Origin: Camelus ferus
Taxonomy: Eukaryota
Length of the DNA: 64,000 bases
Reading direction: 5' to 3'
Assembly (NCBI RefSeq): GCF_009834535.1
Contig: NC_045696.1
Coordinates: 2,234,001 to 2,298,000 of the forward strand
Numbering within the stretch: position 1 is the stretch's first letter; every line of letters starts with the position of its first letter. This document shows, piece after piece, positions 24,967-36,129 of the stretch. Under the pieces are notes generated by a model. It was given only the letters and a program-made list of their open reading frames with translations. It made no database searches and was not told the DNA's origin. The position numbers and the translations under genes were made by a program.

Positions 24967-25200
24967 GTCGACAGCGCGGAGAGCCGGGGTGCCAGCTACC
25001 GCGCCGCTAGGCCCCGGCGCGCGGCGTGACGCCACACAACCACGCCGGCCTCTCCCAGGCGCAGCATGACGTCACCCGCCCGCGCCTGCCCCTCTGAGAC
25101 TCGCGGTGACGTCACACGCCCGCGCCGGGCTCCCGCCACCGCCTCGTAGTGGCCCGGCCCCAGAACGGCAAGTCCGCCTGGCTCCGTGTTGGTGGACATT
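24480..25200. promoter_or_regulatory. CpG-island promoter of RRP1 with CRE/ATF sites
   Basis: Dense CpG over exon 1; TGACGTCA at 25067-25074 and 25107-25114, TGACGCCA at 25027-25034. Confidence 0.85.
24834..24966 (-). CDS. RRP1: RRP1 coding exon 1 (133 nt)
   Basis: ATG at 24966; MGPRVQLPPEIQLAQRLAGNEQVTRDRAVRKLRKYIVARTQRAE; donor GTTGGC. Confidence 0.95.
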
Positions 25201-25788
25201 CATTGTGGACACTGGCCACCAAAGGGAGGCTATTAAGTGTTTGCCCGTCTTTCGGGGGTGGAGGGCGCTGCTGAGGGAAGGCTCTTCTCTAGCCAAGAAT
25301 GCCAGCGAGCACAGAGGAATGGTCCTGAGGAGAAAGACCCCAGTGAATCGTTGGTTCAGGCGAAGGTCATCAGAAAATGCCACAGCTGCCTGAGGAAGGT
25401 GGTGGGGGCTGGGGTTTTCCTCAAGCATCCCCGCCCCCAGTGGCCTGCCGCCGCCTCCGGGCATCCCCACCCGTGCAGCGGCGTCACCCGTGGGGCAGTC
25501 TGCATCCCGGCTGTCAGGACACGAGAGGAGGCCACACACGGGGCACGAGGAAGCACTCACCAGCCCAGGTCTGGGACAGTCCGCATCGCTTCACAGCTAA
25601 CGTCATGAACAAAGGTATGGGTGAAGAAGGTATAAAGGACGGGATGCAATAATACAAATCATGATTGGATCCTGGTTTAAAAGATAAGCTTTTAAAAACT
25701 CATCTTGGGGACAATTGGGAAAGCTTGCATATAGACTAGGTCGTATTGCAGAATAATTGTTTTCTCAGGTGTTGCAGTGATGTTTCTA

Positions 25789-26433
25789 CAGAGTGGGCCT
25801 CAGCAGACTTTTCTGTAAAGGGCCAGGTGTCAGGAGAACCCAAACCCCCAGGTTCACTGATTTGCTAGGAGGACTTATGGCTATGATTTACTACGACAAG
25901 AGGATGCAAAGCACAGGGATTGAAGACTTGCTTAACTCCCCAGCGAAGAGCTGTGAGGACACTTGTGAGATGTCAGAAGGAGCTCGTTAGAGATCGGAGC
26001 CCAGGGTTTTTATCATGAGCTGGTCACAGCACCCTCTGCCTGGCACACACCAAACCTCCAGAATCCCAGAGGGAGGGCAGATGCTCAACACGTGCTGTAT
26101 TGTTTGTACAAACAGTTTAGGCCCTGTGAGGCGCTCTTACCATAATTAAAGTAATGGGAACTCTCCCCAAACCCACATTCCCAGATGCCTGCTAAGGGCC
26201 AAACTTGTAAGCAGGACTTTCTCAGGAGAGCATTGAAGCCTGATGGTAACTTTTCTGCACAGGTGAGGTAGTGAATATTTTCAGCTTTGTGGATCAAAAC
26301 AACTGCTCTAATGCAAAAGCAGCTATAGGCAATCTGTACATGAATGCGCGTGGCTGTGCTCCAGTGAAACGTTATTTTAAAAAATGGGTGATGGACCAGA
26401 TTAGGCACAATGATTATGGTTCACCAACACCTG
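25789..26433. mobile_element. MER58-like DNA transposon split by a MER21-like LTR (about 25828-26261)
   Basis: CAGCAGACTTTTCTGTAAAGGGCCAG is continued by GTAGTGAATATTTTCAGCTTTGTGG after a TG...CA-bounded insert beginning TGTCAGG...CCCCCAGGTTCACTGATTTGCTAGGAGGAC. Confidence 0.6.
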
Positions 26434-27169
26434 GTGTAGAAGAATATTTCTGCTTTTAGGAAATAACTGCTAAGTGTTCGGTGGGGGTGACGTGTCATGG
26501 TGTCAACAGAGAAGTAATCACACACGAGCAAATTGGGCAAAATGTTGACAATGGTTGACTCCAGTGGCAGGAATACAGGTGTTCATTGCCCTACACTTCC
26601 AACTTTTTCTATGTTTGAAAAAGTTATTTCAGTTCTTTTGCCAGCTATTTAAGCACCATATGAATGCCAGGCTCCACCCTAGGCAGCAGTGGCGCTGTTG
26701 AACAGGACAAAATCCCTGCCTCCCGGAGCCCACGACGTCATTGGTGGTGCTGGGCTGTAAGATAACAAACCCACGCACTCGAGAGGATGGTACTACCTGC
26801 TGTGGGAAAGCCTAACGCAGGAAAATGACAGCCTAGAGAAGACAGTGATTTTGGTAGACATTCGCTGGATTTCTTTTTTTTTTTTTAATTCAAGGAAGTG
26901 AAAAAAGGATTTACTAAGCAATAGTCTGCTCTCAAGGGGAGAGAGGGCAGGGCAGACTCAGGTAAGTAGCTGCCCAGTGAATTTCTGACGAAATTTCACC
27001 AAAATCACACGATGAAATGCACCAACATATACTTTTAAAATATACTTTACAGTATATACAGCAATTAGATGCTGACAGCTAATGAAAGAGTTATGGTATA
27101 TTCAGTGTAACTAAAAAATAAATGTACTTCATTCTCATGAAATAAAATTTATATTTTAAGGCAGGAGAG

Positions 27170-27665
27170 AAAATTTAGGCACAAAATTCTCTCTGTCAAA
27201 AAAAAAAAAATTCTCTCTGTCCATTTGGGCCTCCTGCTTCCCTCCCTAATGTGTGGGGCTCATCCCCATCACACACTGACCAAACCTCCTCCAAGGTGAG
27301 CCTGCCTGCTCCACCATGAAGACCAATTTTTTTACCTTCGTCTGACACCAGCAGTGGAACTTCTCAGAAGAACAGCGCTCTTTCCCAGCTCTGCAGGGGG
27401 GCGTGGTGGCCTGCTGCTCGCTTTGTGCCTGCTCACCTGGACCGTGCATCCTGGGTGAACTTTATGTAAAATGTCACTATGTCATCTTGATGTACGACCC
27501 TTCGTCTCAAAAATGTACCTGAGTGTGCCTTCGACTTCTAACAGGCAGGACAGTCCAGAGTTTTCCGAAAGACCGTCTTTCGGGTTACAGTCCTAAATTT
27601 GGCTTGGCTCAAAATAAAACTCTTTTTCCTTCTTAACTTGATTGTCAGAAGAATTTTCATCGACA
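27170..27665 (+). mobile_element. Solo ERV LTR (left limit approximate)
   Basis: AATAAA near the 3' end, terminal CA; homologous to 2860-3245. Confidence 0.65.
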
Positions 27666-27739
27666 GTTCTAGGTGCAAAATTATCCCTCTTCAGGAGACT
27701 TTTCAGAGTCCGCTGTGCATCACAGCCAAGAGCCATCAG

Positions 27740-28370
27740 TGGACACTAAAATGAGTGGCAAAAGGTGGTGAGAAATATGATTATTTGTGTAGCCGCAAAA
27801 CTGCTTATTGGTTACGATGGGGAAATAGTAACTTTATGGTGGAGAAACCTGGCTGACACTCCCCTACTCAAGATACAGATCAACGTGGCCAGTGTGAGAC
27901 GTCTGGGCGTCACGTGCCTGCGATACAACACTCTGAAAGGGCACAGCGTCACTTTGGCGGTGGTCCTGCCCAAACTGCACAGCCTCCGCCTGTTCAGCAG
28001 GAACAACAGACAAGCCCAGTCTGTGGGTCATTCCTCAAAGTAAGCAATCCTTGCTCTTTAAAGTGTCAAGGCCATGAATGGGAAAGACCGGGAACCTGTC
28101 TCAGGTTGAAGCCGGCTCAGAAGCCTTGACCGGGAGGAGCCCGGGGCCAGAACGGGGACGTCGGTGGGATGGCAGTGAGATGTGCGTGGACTCTGGATGC
28201 GAGCCCTTCGCAGGGCGTCTCGGCAGTCATTGCCCGCTTTTGATGACCTCTCCACGCTTAGGCTCGTGTAAGATGTCAACATTTATGGAAACTGGGTGAA
28301 GAGTTTTCAAAAACTTTACAGTATTTCTGTGACCTAAAGTTATTTCCATGTAAAAAGTTTTTAAAATTAG
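27740..28370 (+). mobile_element. L1MC-like 3' fragment
   Basis: GGGGAAATAGTAACTTTATGGTGGAGAAACCTGGC...GAAACTGGGTGAAG...CTAAAGTTATTTC. Confidence 0.55.
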
Positions 28371-28829
28371 AAAAGCAAAAACAGGAAGTCTGACAGGACT
28401 CGGGGAGAGGGTGTAGTTTCCCACTTCTGTACACATCCCCCTTCCCAGCCCCCCAGCCCGAGGGCAGGGTTTTTCTCGGTCCTACTCACCTGCCCCCAGA
28501 GGTGGCAAGGTGCGGGGACAGCTGTGGCTACCTCACTAGGCACGGGTTAGCAATGGAAGTGTCAGCATGTACTCCATGGATAATGAAGACTAACGTCTCT
28601 CATTTCTTCTGGTGTTGTGGGGGTCCGCTTCTCATCCTGAGGCTATCCTGCTTGTGTTTGTTTTCTGGGCTGTAGAAAACCCCTGTTCGTGGATCCTGTG
28701 GGTTTTCCTAGGGTCTGGTCTCTCAACTCAAGGTTCAACTTGGAGACAAGTAGACCCAAGGGTGTGACTGACATCTTCAAGGCATAATTTTGCATCCGTG
28801 TTGGGAAGCATGTATGATGAGCAAGGGAG

Positions 28830-29270
28830 GTGTACCTGTTTCTTGGAGCTGCTCTAACAAAGTGCCAACAACTGGGTGGCTGAGAACAATGGAAATGTAC
28901 TGTCTCCCAGTTCTAGAGGCCAGAAGTCAGAAATCAGTGTGTCCGCTGGGCCCTGCTTCCTCTGAAGGCTCCAGAGGGGCTCCTTCCTGCCTCTCTGGCT
29001 TCTGGGGCACCTGCATTCCTTGGCTTTTGGGCACAGCACACCGGCACGTGGTGTCCTGCCCTGCAGCTCTGTCTTCACGAGCTCTTCCTGTCTGTCCCTC
29101 TGTGTGCTCTTGTTTTCTTGTAAGAACACCAGTCACTGGAGTCAGGGCCCACCCTGAACCACTGTTAACCTCACCCTAATTAATTACACCTGTGAAGACC
29201 TCATTTCCAAGCTAAGGTCACATTCTGAGGTTCTGGGTGGATGTGACTTTGGGGGGACACCACTGAACCC
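28830..29270. mobile_element. MLT1-type LTR
   Basis: GCTCTAACAAAGTGCCAACAACTGGGTGGCT...CAGTTCTAGAGGCCAGAAGTC...AAGGTCACATTCTGAGGTTCTGGGTGGA. Confidence 0.7.
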
Positions 29271-29612
29271 GCTAAAGAAGGTGTAAGGAAGATAGGTACC
29301 AGTCACTGCCACCTAACGAGTGCCCAGTACGTGCCGCGGCTTTTCAGATGCCTTCATGAATCTTAAAAGAATCCTGCAAGGGAGGGGTGCTTTCTGCCCT
29401 TCTCTCCGTGAGCACATAGGCTTCCGGGTTACGCTTTTGCCCAGAGTCTGTAAGAGACGAGGTGGCGGAGACACCCAGCCCAGCCCGTGGGCCCGGCGCA
29501 GCTGGGGGCCAGGACCGTGTCCCAGGTGGCAGGCGGTCCGTCCGGGCAGCTCGCAGCCTGGCCCCGAGCGGAAGTTTGCACCTGGTGTAGCCCTGGTGCC
29601 GCCTTCTTGAAA

Positions 29613-29803
29613 TTTTTTTTTTTTAACATTTTTTATTGATTTATAATCATTTGACACACAATGTTGTGTCAAATTCCAGTGTAGAGCACAATTTTCCATT
29701 TAAACATGAACATGTATATATTCCTTGTCACATTTTTCTCTGTGAGCTACCATAAGATCTTGCATGTATTTTCCTGTGCTGTACAGTATAATCTTGTTTA
29801 TCT
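29613..29803 (-). mobile_element. Short 5'-truncated L1 3' end with poly(A) and target-site duplication
   Basis: Poly(T) on plus strand; TTGAAATT at 29607-29614 and 29804-29811. Confidence 0.7.
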
Positions 29804-30723
29804 TTGAAATTCTTAATCCATTTTGAACAAGGGCCCGAAGAGTCATCTTCAACATACACGAGACAGCCTGTCCATCCTGACCCAGCCCCTCCCTCTCCCC
29901 AAACCCGACCCCATCCCCCATTCCCCCTGCTGCTCAGAGCTGCTCCGAGCGCCAACACATTAACTTCCAGATTGTGTGTTTTCTCCCTCAATTTTTACTA
30001 TTGAAAATCAAAGAAAATTAAGGAAATAAGAAAAGTTAAGGGAGGGACTGAACCAGTCTTACGACCTGAAGGAAAAATTTCTGCTGTATCTGTTCTTTAT
30101 TTTCTGTGCGTAGAGTTTTTATGAATTACATGTTAATTGAATGTTAATTGAATATCATGTATAAATTATATGAGTCACACTTGATTGACAGTTTTGAAAC
30201 TGCTTTTCAGTAGCATACCTAACATTTTCCCACCATATCATTCACTTCTCAAGAATATGCAGTATTCTGAAATAAAAAAGCTGTGTTTTCTAAAAACAAA
30301 AAGTCCTTTAAATAAAACTTTGGAAGAACACAGAAAATCACAGAAAGCTGTGAAACACAATGCCCCACCCCAGGGATGGCTGCTGTTCACATCAGTGAGC
30401 ATTCATCAGCCCCACAGGTGCCTGCGTCCCACTGAGCCCCAGCGACTTGGAATCTGCAGAGGAAAGGGCTGGGAACTTGGCGTTTCAGCCAGCAGCCAGT
30501 GCGGCAAACATCAGGGTCCTGGGGGTCTATAAGCACCTCTTCCCAACCACACAGGGCTCCTCACTATGGGTGGAGGCTGGGCATTGAGGGAGCTTCTCAA
30601 TTCTGAGATGGACACTTTTATAGCTAAATCTTCTATCCACCCATGAATTTTCCTTAATATAAATTCTTGGCATCGACTGCGTTCATTGTGAAGTTTTATT
30701 TTTGATTTACACAAATGTGTAAG

Positions 30724-31422
30724 TGTAACTGAGCAGGACCCCGTGGGGCCTTCCCAGGAACAGACCCCACCCCCAGCCTTGTCCTCCGCCTGCCTCTTGT
30801 CTGTAGAAAACCTTCAGCCAAAGAATAAATGTAACCACAAAAGTGAGAAAATGCAGAAGCAAAGGAATGCAAACAAGACAAAATAATAGTTTAGCCATTA
30901 AACAAAGTCAGTGACCTTTAGCGCCTCCTCAAGGGCTACAGACAATACCCTCAGCTGTGTCCTGTGAGCTGCCTTGCAGAGTCTGAAACCCCCACCCGGT
31001 GGATGAAGTTACCTACACAATGATCAGACTGTAACTGTGACATAAGCTGCTCCTTCTTACACAATTCTGAGAACTAGCCTCAAGGAAACTGGAACAAACC
31101 AACCCTGGAGCTGAAGATTAACTGTACTTAAAACAATCAAGATGTTGCTGACCAGACTGCTGCCGACCAGTTTCAGGATGACTGTGAGAGCTGACTGTGC
31201 TGTTCTGCACATAGCTCTGCCTGCACCACCTGTGACCCTGGAAACTCCCCTTTAAAAGCTCCTGCCCCCGTTCAGCAAGGGGCAACTGGTTCTTTGGGAC
31301 ATGGGTCCATCTTCTCCCAGGATTGCTGGCTTCCTCAAGAAGCTGTCTTTCCTTTTATCCAGCACCTGTCTCTCAGTATTGGATTCTTGAGTGACTAGTG
31401 GCCGAACCTGAGTTCGGTAGCA
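30724..31422 (+). mobile_element. Solo ERV1-like LTR (about 700 bp)
   Basis: TGTAAC...TCGGTAGCA termini; TATA-like TTTAAAAG; flanks TAAG/CAAG resemble a 4-bp TSD. Confidence 0.7.
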
Positions 31423-32324
31423 CAAGGAGCAATTATTTTTTTCCCTTTTGAATCTTTTTGTGTATATATAATTATTGAAGTATAGTCAGTTTACATTGTT
31501 GTGTCAACTTCTGGTATGCAGTATAACACTTCAGTCATACTTGAACATACATAGATTCATCTTCATATTCTTTTTCACCATAAGTTATTATAAGTTATTG
31601 AACATAGTTAGGAGTCAAATATTTGTTTAGTGCCTCCTATGTGACAGGTACAGAGGCGGGGAACAAGCCCAGTGCTGCCTGTCTGCTGGGGACTTGGACA
31701 AGGGTCATTAGGGGACACACAGAGAACAGGTGGGACAGGTCAACAGGTGTACCCAGAGTCACCCGCCCCAACGTGGATCCTGGCTTTCCCTTCTGATTCT
31801 TCTGATGTGTCTAAGCTTAGAAAACCCTTTGCCCACGTTAGTTTATAGCAACAGCCTTTCAAGATCGTACATCTGTCTCCTCCTTTGATGCACCCCAATT
31901 TCTGCATTCCCCTGCACCTTTTGGGGAGCTCCGGGCCGCCTCTGCTGGAGCTGGCCGCTTCGGGGTGAGAGCGCTGCCCGCCCTGCCTTCAGCAAGGCCA
32001 GGCAGCCAGGCCCGCGGTGGGCCCTGAGACTGTGCCCACGCACTGTGCCTATTTTCTATAATAGCTCTACCGTTATTCCCCTTGCTACTGAAGATGAATA
32101 GGTAAACTTAACAAATGCTTAGTCATTTAAATTTTTATCTTTCTTTTTATTTTTCCCCCACCCCAATCCTGCACCAAAGAGTTTCTTGGGCTACAGTCTA
32201 ATTAGCAACAAATTCTAATGACGGAATTTCTGCATGATGAAACACAAGCAACTGAACAGCACGGGGCACAGGGGTGCGAGTCACCCACCTAAGCACACGA
32301 GCAGGGAGCGGACAAGCTGGGTCA

Positions 32325-32785
32325 TGAGGGAGCAGAATGTGCCGCTTTGGCACGTGGACTATTTTGAGCTGAAGGCAATCAAGACCCAGGAGGCTCAGGA
32401 AAATGATCACCTCTTCCTTAACTGCCCGAAAGAATTTAGACAGGGTGCCTGGGCCAGAAAAAAAACAGCTATTACTAGAGGTAACCTTTTTATCTGAAAG
32501 ATGCATCTTCAGAGTAGGGAAAAGATTCATTGCCAAGCTGCCCTGGTTACTGCCCTGCCAATGGCCCTCCTCCCCTCCAAGCCCCAGGCCCCCATCCTGT
32601 CCCTCAGCTCAGGACGGTGCGTCAGCCTCAACTGTCAGGTTCCTCCTTGGTCTCGTATCTGGGGCTCCTGGATGTAAGAAATCAACTTTGTTTTTCTCCT
32701 GTTAATCTGTCTTACATCAATTTAATTGTCAGTCCAGCCAAAGAATCTAGAAAGGAAGAAGGGAACATATTTCCACTTCTATAGC
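32325..32785 (+). mobile_element. ERV LTR (approximate)
   Basis: TGAGGGAGCAGAATGTGCC...GACTATTTTGAGCTGAAGGCAAT...TTTTCTCCTGTTAATCTGTCT...CCAGCCAAAGAATCTAGAA, typical of mammalian ERV1 LTRs. Confidence 0.6.
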
Positions 32786-33049
32786 TGATTTGCTGCAGAA
32801 GAAAGGACCATGAAACACTGAGACAAAAACACCTTGGCTTCTGCTGACTCTGGGGAAGTCAGAGATCACAAGTGAAACTCCAAAACTGCGTGAATTTAAA
32901 AATTTGACCCTTCTGAACACAGATTTCAAATTGAAATGATGTTCCACACCCCTGAACGGCCCCCGCAGCTCCCACGGGGAGTCAGGATATTTGGTCTCTC
33001 CTCCGGCTCTAGTAAGAGGAAAAGCTGCAGCATCAAGGTAGGAGAGACG

Positions 33050-33140
33050 GGGGCAGGGGACAGCTCAGGGGCAGGGCGCGTGCTCAGCATGCACGAGGTC
33101 CTGAGTTCAATCCCCAGTACCTCCATTTGAAGGAAGAAAG
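33050..33140 (+). mobile_element. tRNA-Ala-derived SINE (Vic-1-like)
   Basis: CAGCTCAG...GCGTGCTCAGCATGCACGAGGTCCTGAGTTCAATCCCCAGTACCTCCA. Confidence 0.75.
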
Positions 33141-34108
33141 GAATGAGAGATAAACGTTAGCATTTTCCAGGGCCTTTAGGTAGATAAGGCAGTATGGGTT
33201 AGATTCATGTTAGCACAGTAATTATAGACAGTCATAGTAGTAACACTGTCAACTCTCCCTGGGGCTCAGACACTGTCCCAAACATTTTATACTCGTTTAG
33301 TGCTTAATTTAGGCACAGAGAAGTTCAGCAGTTAGTCCTATGCCACACAGCAGGTGCAAGGAAGGGCTGGATCAGCACAAAGCACTTGGTCTTCAGAGCC
33401 TTCGTGACAGCGTGAAAACATCTGTCTGGACCCAGACCCACAGCAGTGAAGCAACGCTGACTTCACAAAGCAGCGCGAGAGACTGAGGCCACAGACGGAC
33501 GGTGGCCAGATCACATGCACGGGACAGGGGAAGTCCGACCCAAGGCCTCCGCGAGAGCCAGCCAGGAGCCAGACTATAGCCTCTGCAGCCACTGGCTTGG
33601 ACGGTCACAAGTCAGCCACGGCCACCGGCTTCCCTAGGTTTTCCCCTCCCTCTCCTAACTCAGGACTCCCAGAGAAGGCCAAATGTGTGCCTGGAATCAG
33701 TCACACAGGATGCCCGCACTCAGCCTCCCCTGGCCACAGACCATCAGGGCACACCTGAGCATTCCTTTCTTTCCGGTATAAGCCATACCCCCACTGCCTG
33801 CCTGAGCATCTCTGCCAAACCCAAGTGATGGTGGCAGGTGCCCTGCTATAGCCTGTGCTGAAGAAACAGCCTTTCCACAGGGGTTACCCTCCTGTTTGTA
33901 AAATGAGCACCTGCAGACCCAAGTCCAGCAGGGAAAGAGGGTCAGACATGAGGAGGCGCCTCAAGATGGCCCAGCTCCCGGAACTGCAGATGAGAAAAGC
34001 CACAGGACCACTTCCCTTGCCCTGGTTGGTCATAATTCTCTGATGCTTTGTTTTTGACACAGAGGTTTCCACTTTCATGGGGTCAAATCTGTGACCCCTT
34101 CATTCAGT

Positions 34109-35348
34109 TGTGAAATGGGAGTCTTGAAATCGTGTCCCAAGAATGCTCAGGGGTCTATTCTTGTCTTTCTTATCTTACTTTCTGTTCCCTTTTGTCCTAG
34201 CCTGTACCTGTTTGACCACATTTTTGCCTCATCAATAAGGACCAGTGACGGTCAGGGGCCTGGGGCCACAGCGTCCCAGTAAGCAGTACCATCGCTTTTC
34301 TGAGTCATCTTCCAGGGGAGAGAGATGACCTTTACAGATTATGGTGACACAGACCCCCGGGGGCACAGACCTCCAGACCTTAACACATAGACCACAGATG
34401 ATTAAGATGATTAACCCCAGTGGAGAAAAGGGAGCCCTCCTATGCTGCTGGTGGGAATGTACTTTGGTGAAGCCATTGTGGAAAACAGTATGGAGATTCC
34501 TCAAAAGACTAAAAACAGACCTACCATAGGATCCAGCAATCCCCCTCCTGGGCATATATCCAGAGGGAACCTTAATTCAAAAAGACGACTGCACCCCAAT
34601 GTTCATAGCAGCACTATTTACAGTAGCCAAGTCATGGAAACAACCTCAGTGTTCACTGAGAGATGACTGGATAAAGCAGATGTGGTATATTTATACAATG
34701 GAATACTACTCAGCCATAAAAATACTAAAATAATGCCATTTGCAGCAACATGGATGGCCCTGGAGAATGTCATTCTAAGTGAAGTAAGCCAGAAAGAGAA
34801 AGAAAAATACCATATGATATCACTTATATGTGGAATCTTTAAAAAAAAAAGACAAGTGAACTTATATATAAAACAAAAACAGACTCACAGACACAGAAAA
34901 CAAACTTATGGTTACCAGGGGGAAGGCGGTGAGAAAGGATAAACTGGGATTTCGAGATCTGTAGATATTGACTGGTATATATAAAATAAACAAGGGCATA
35001 CTGTACAGTACACGGAACTGTATTCAATATCTTGTAGTAGCTTACGGTGAAAAAGAATATGAAAATGAACAGATGTATGTTTACATATGACTGAAACATC
35101 GTGCTGTACGCCAGAAATTGACACCACACTGTAAACTGACTATACTTCAATTGAAAAAAAAAAGATGATTAACCCCAGCTCCTCTGTTCTTCCCCTTTAA
35201 AAACCGCTAACTCAGAGACCAAGCTGCAGTGGGCGTGAGGTTTCTCTCCCACTCCCTTGCTTGGACCCCTGCAGTAAACCCTCACTCTGCTGCAAACCTC
35301 CTCTGTCAGAGTTTGGCTTTCTGCGCCCTGGGCCTTAGTTGGGTGTCA
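34109..35348 (+). mobile_element. Solo ERV LTR interrupted by a younger L1
   Basis: LTR-like text on both sides of the L1, with CCCTTTAAAAA and AGTAAA in the right part; outer limits approximate. Confidence 0.55.
34421..35161 (+). mobile_element. 5'-truncated young LINE-1 with poly(A) and perfect 17-bp TSD
   Basis: L1 ORF2 C-terminal remnant (CWWECTLVKPLWKTVWRFL) plus 3' UTR; AAGATGATTAACCCCAG at 34404-34420 and 35162-35178. Confidence 0.9.
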
Positions 35349-36129
35349 GTATCTCCTCCCTTCTCCCCAGGGCTCAGTGACACATGACCCCCCATGCTTC
35401 CCTGAAGTTACAGACCAGGCTCTGCCCTGGCAGGTACCACAAAGGCTCACCGCCCCACACACCTGTTCCCAGGCCACTCCCACTGGGGCTAGGCCCTGGG
35501 CCGGTTCCTGCAGAGTCAGTCCCCAGTGATGGGATGGCCCAGCACCCACTGAGGTGCAGCCCTGCAGGGAGAAGAGGCAGGTGGGTCTTTCTGAAAGGCC
35601 AGACCTGTCCAGACGGCTACCAGCACAGGCCCTGACCTGCCCCAAATAAAGCAGGGGACCTTCCCTTACCAGGGTGTTGGAAGTAATCTAAATCCTAAAC
35701 CAAATCCCAGCAGAACAAAGCCCTTAACTAATGCCCTTGCTCTAACCCCCACCCCAGCCTGGGGCCTGTGAGTCATCCTCCCCATCACTGGACTCCTTTG
35801 TGCCGCCCCTGTCCACCCACGTCTGCCCGTCACTGTGTCCCTGTCACATGCTCCTGCTGTCCACAGCAGCCCACACAACACCCCACACAAAGAGCGAGGC
35901 CCTGGGGGCCCCAGCCCTCCTCCCCCAGGTCCTCCCGGTCCCGGCTGGGTGGGGGCTTCTCTCCCCTCCACCCTCGGCAGCTCTCAGGTCCAGCTCCCTG
36001 CTCCTCTCTGGACCACAGATGTCTCGGTCATTTCAGGACCTACCACTGTCCATCGCACGCACTGGGTCAAACTGTGGGGACCTGGAGATAGAGGGCCCTG
36101 GGGGCCAGGCTAGCCCACCTCCACCCCAC

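Noticed and set aside
34341..34942. Short ORFs resembling L1 ORF2 C-terminus
   Set aside because: Fragments of a 5'-truncated L1 with stops; not a gene.
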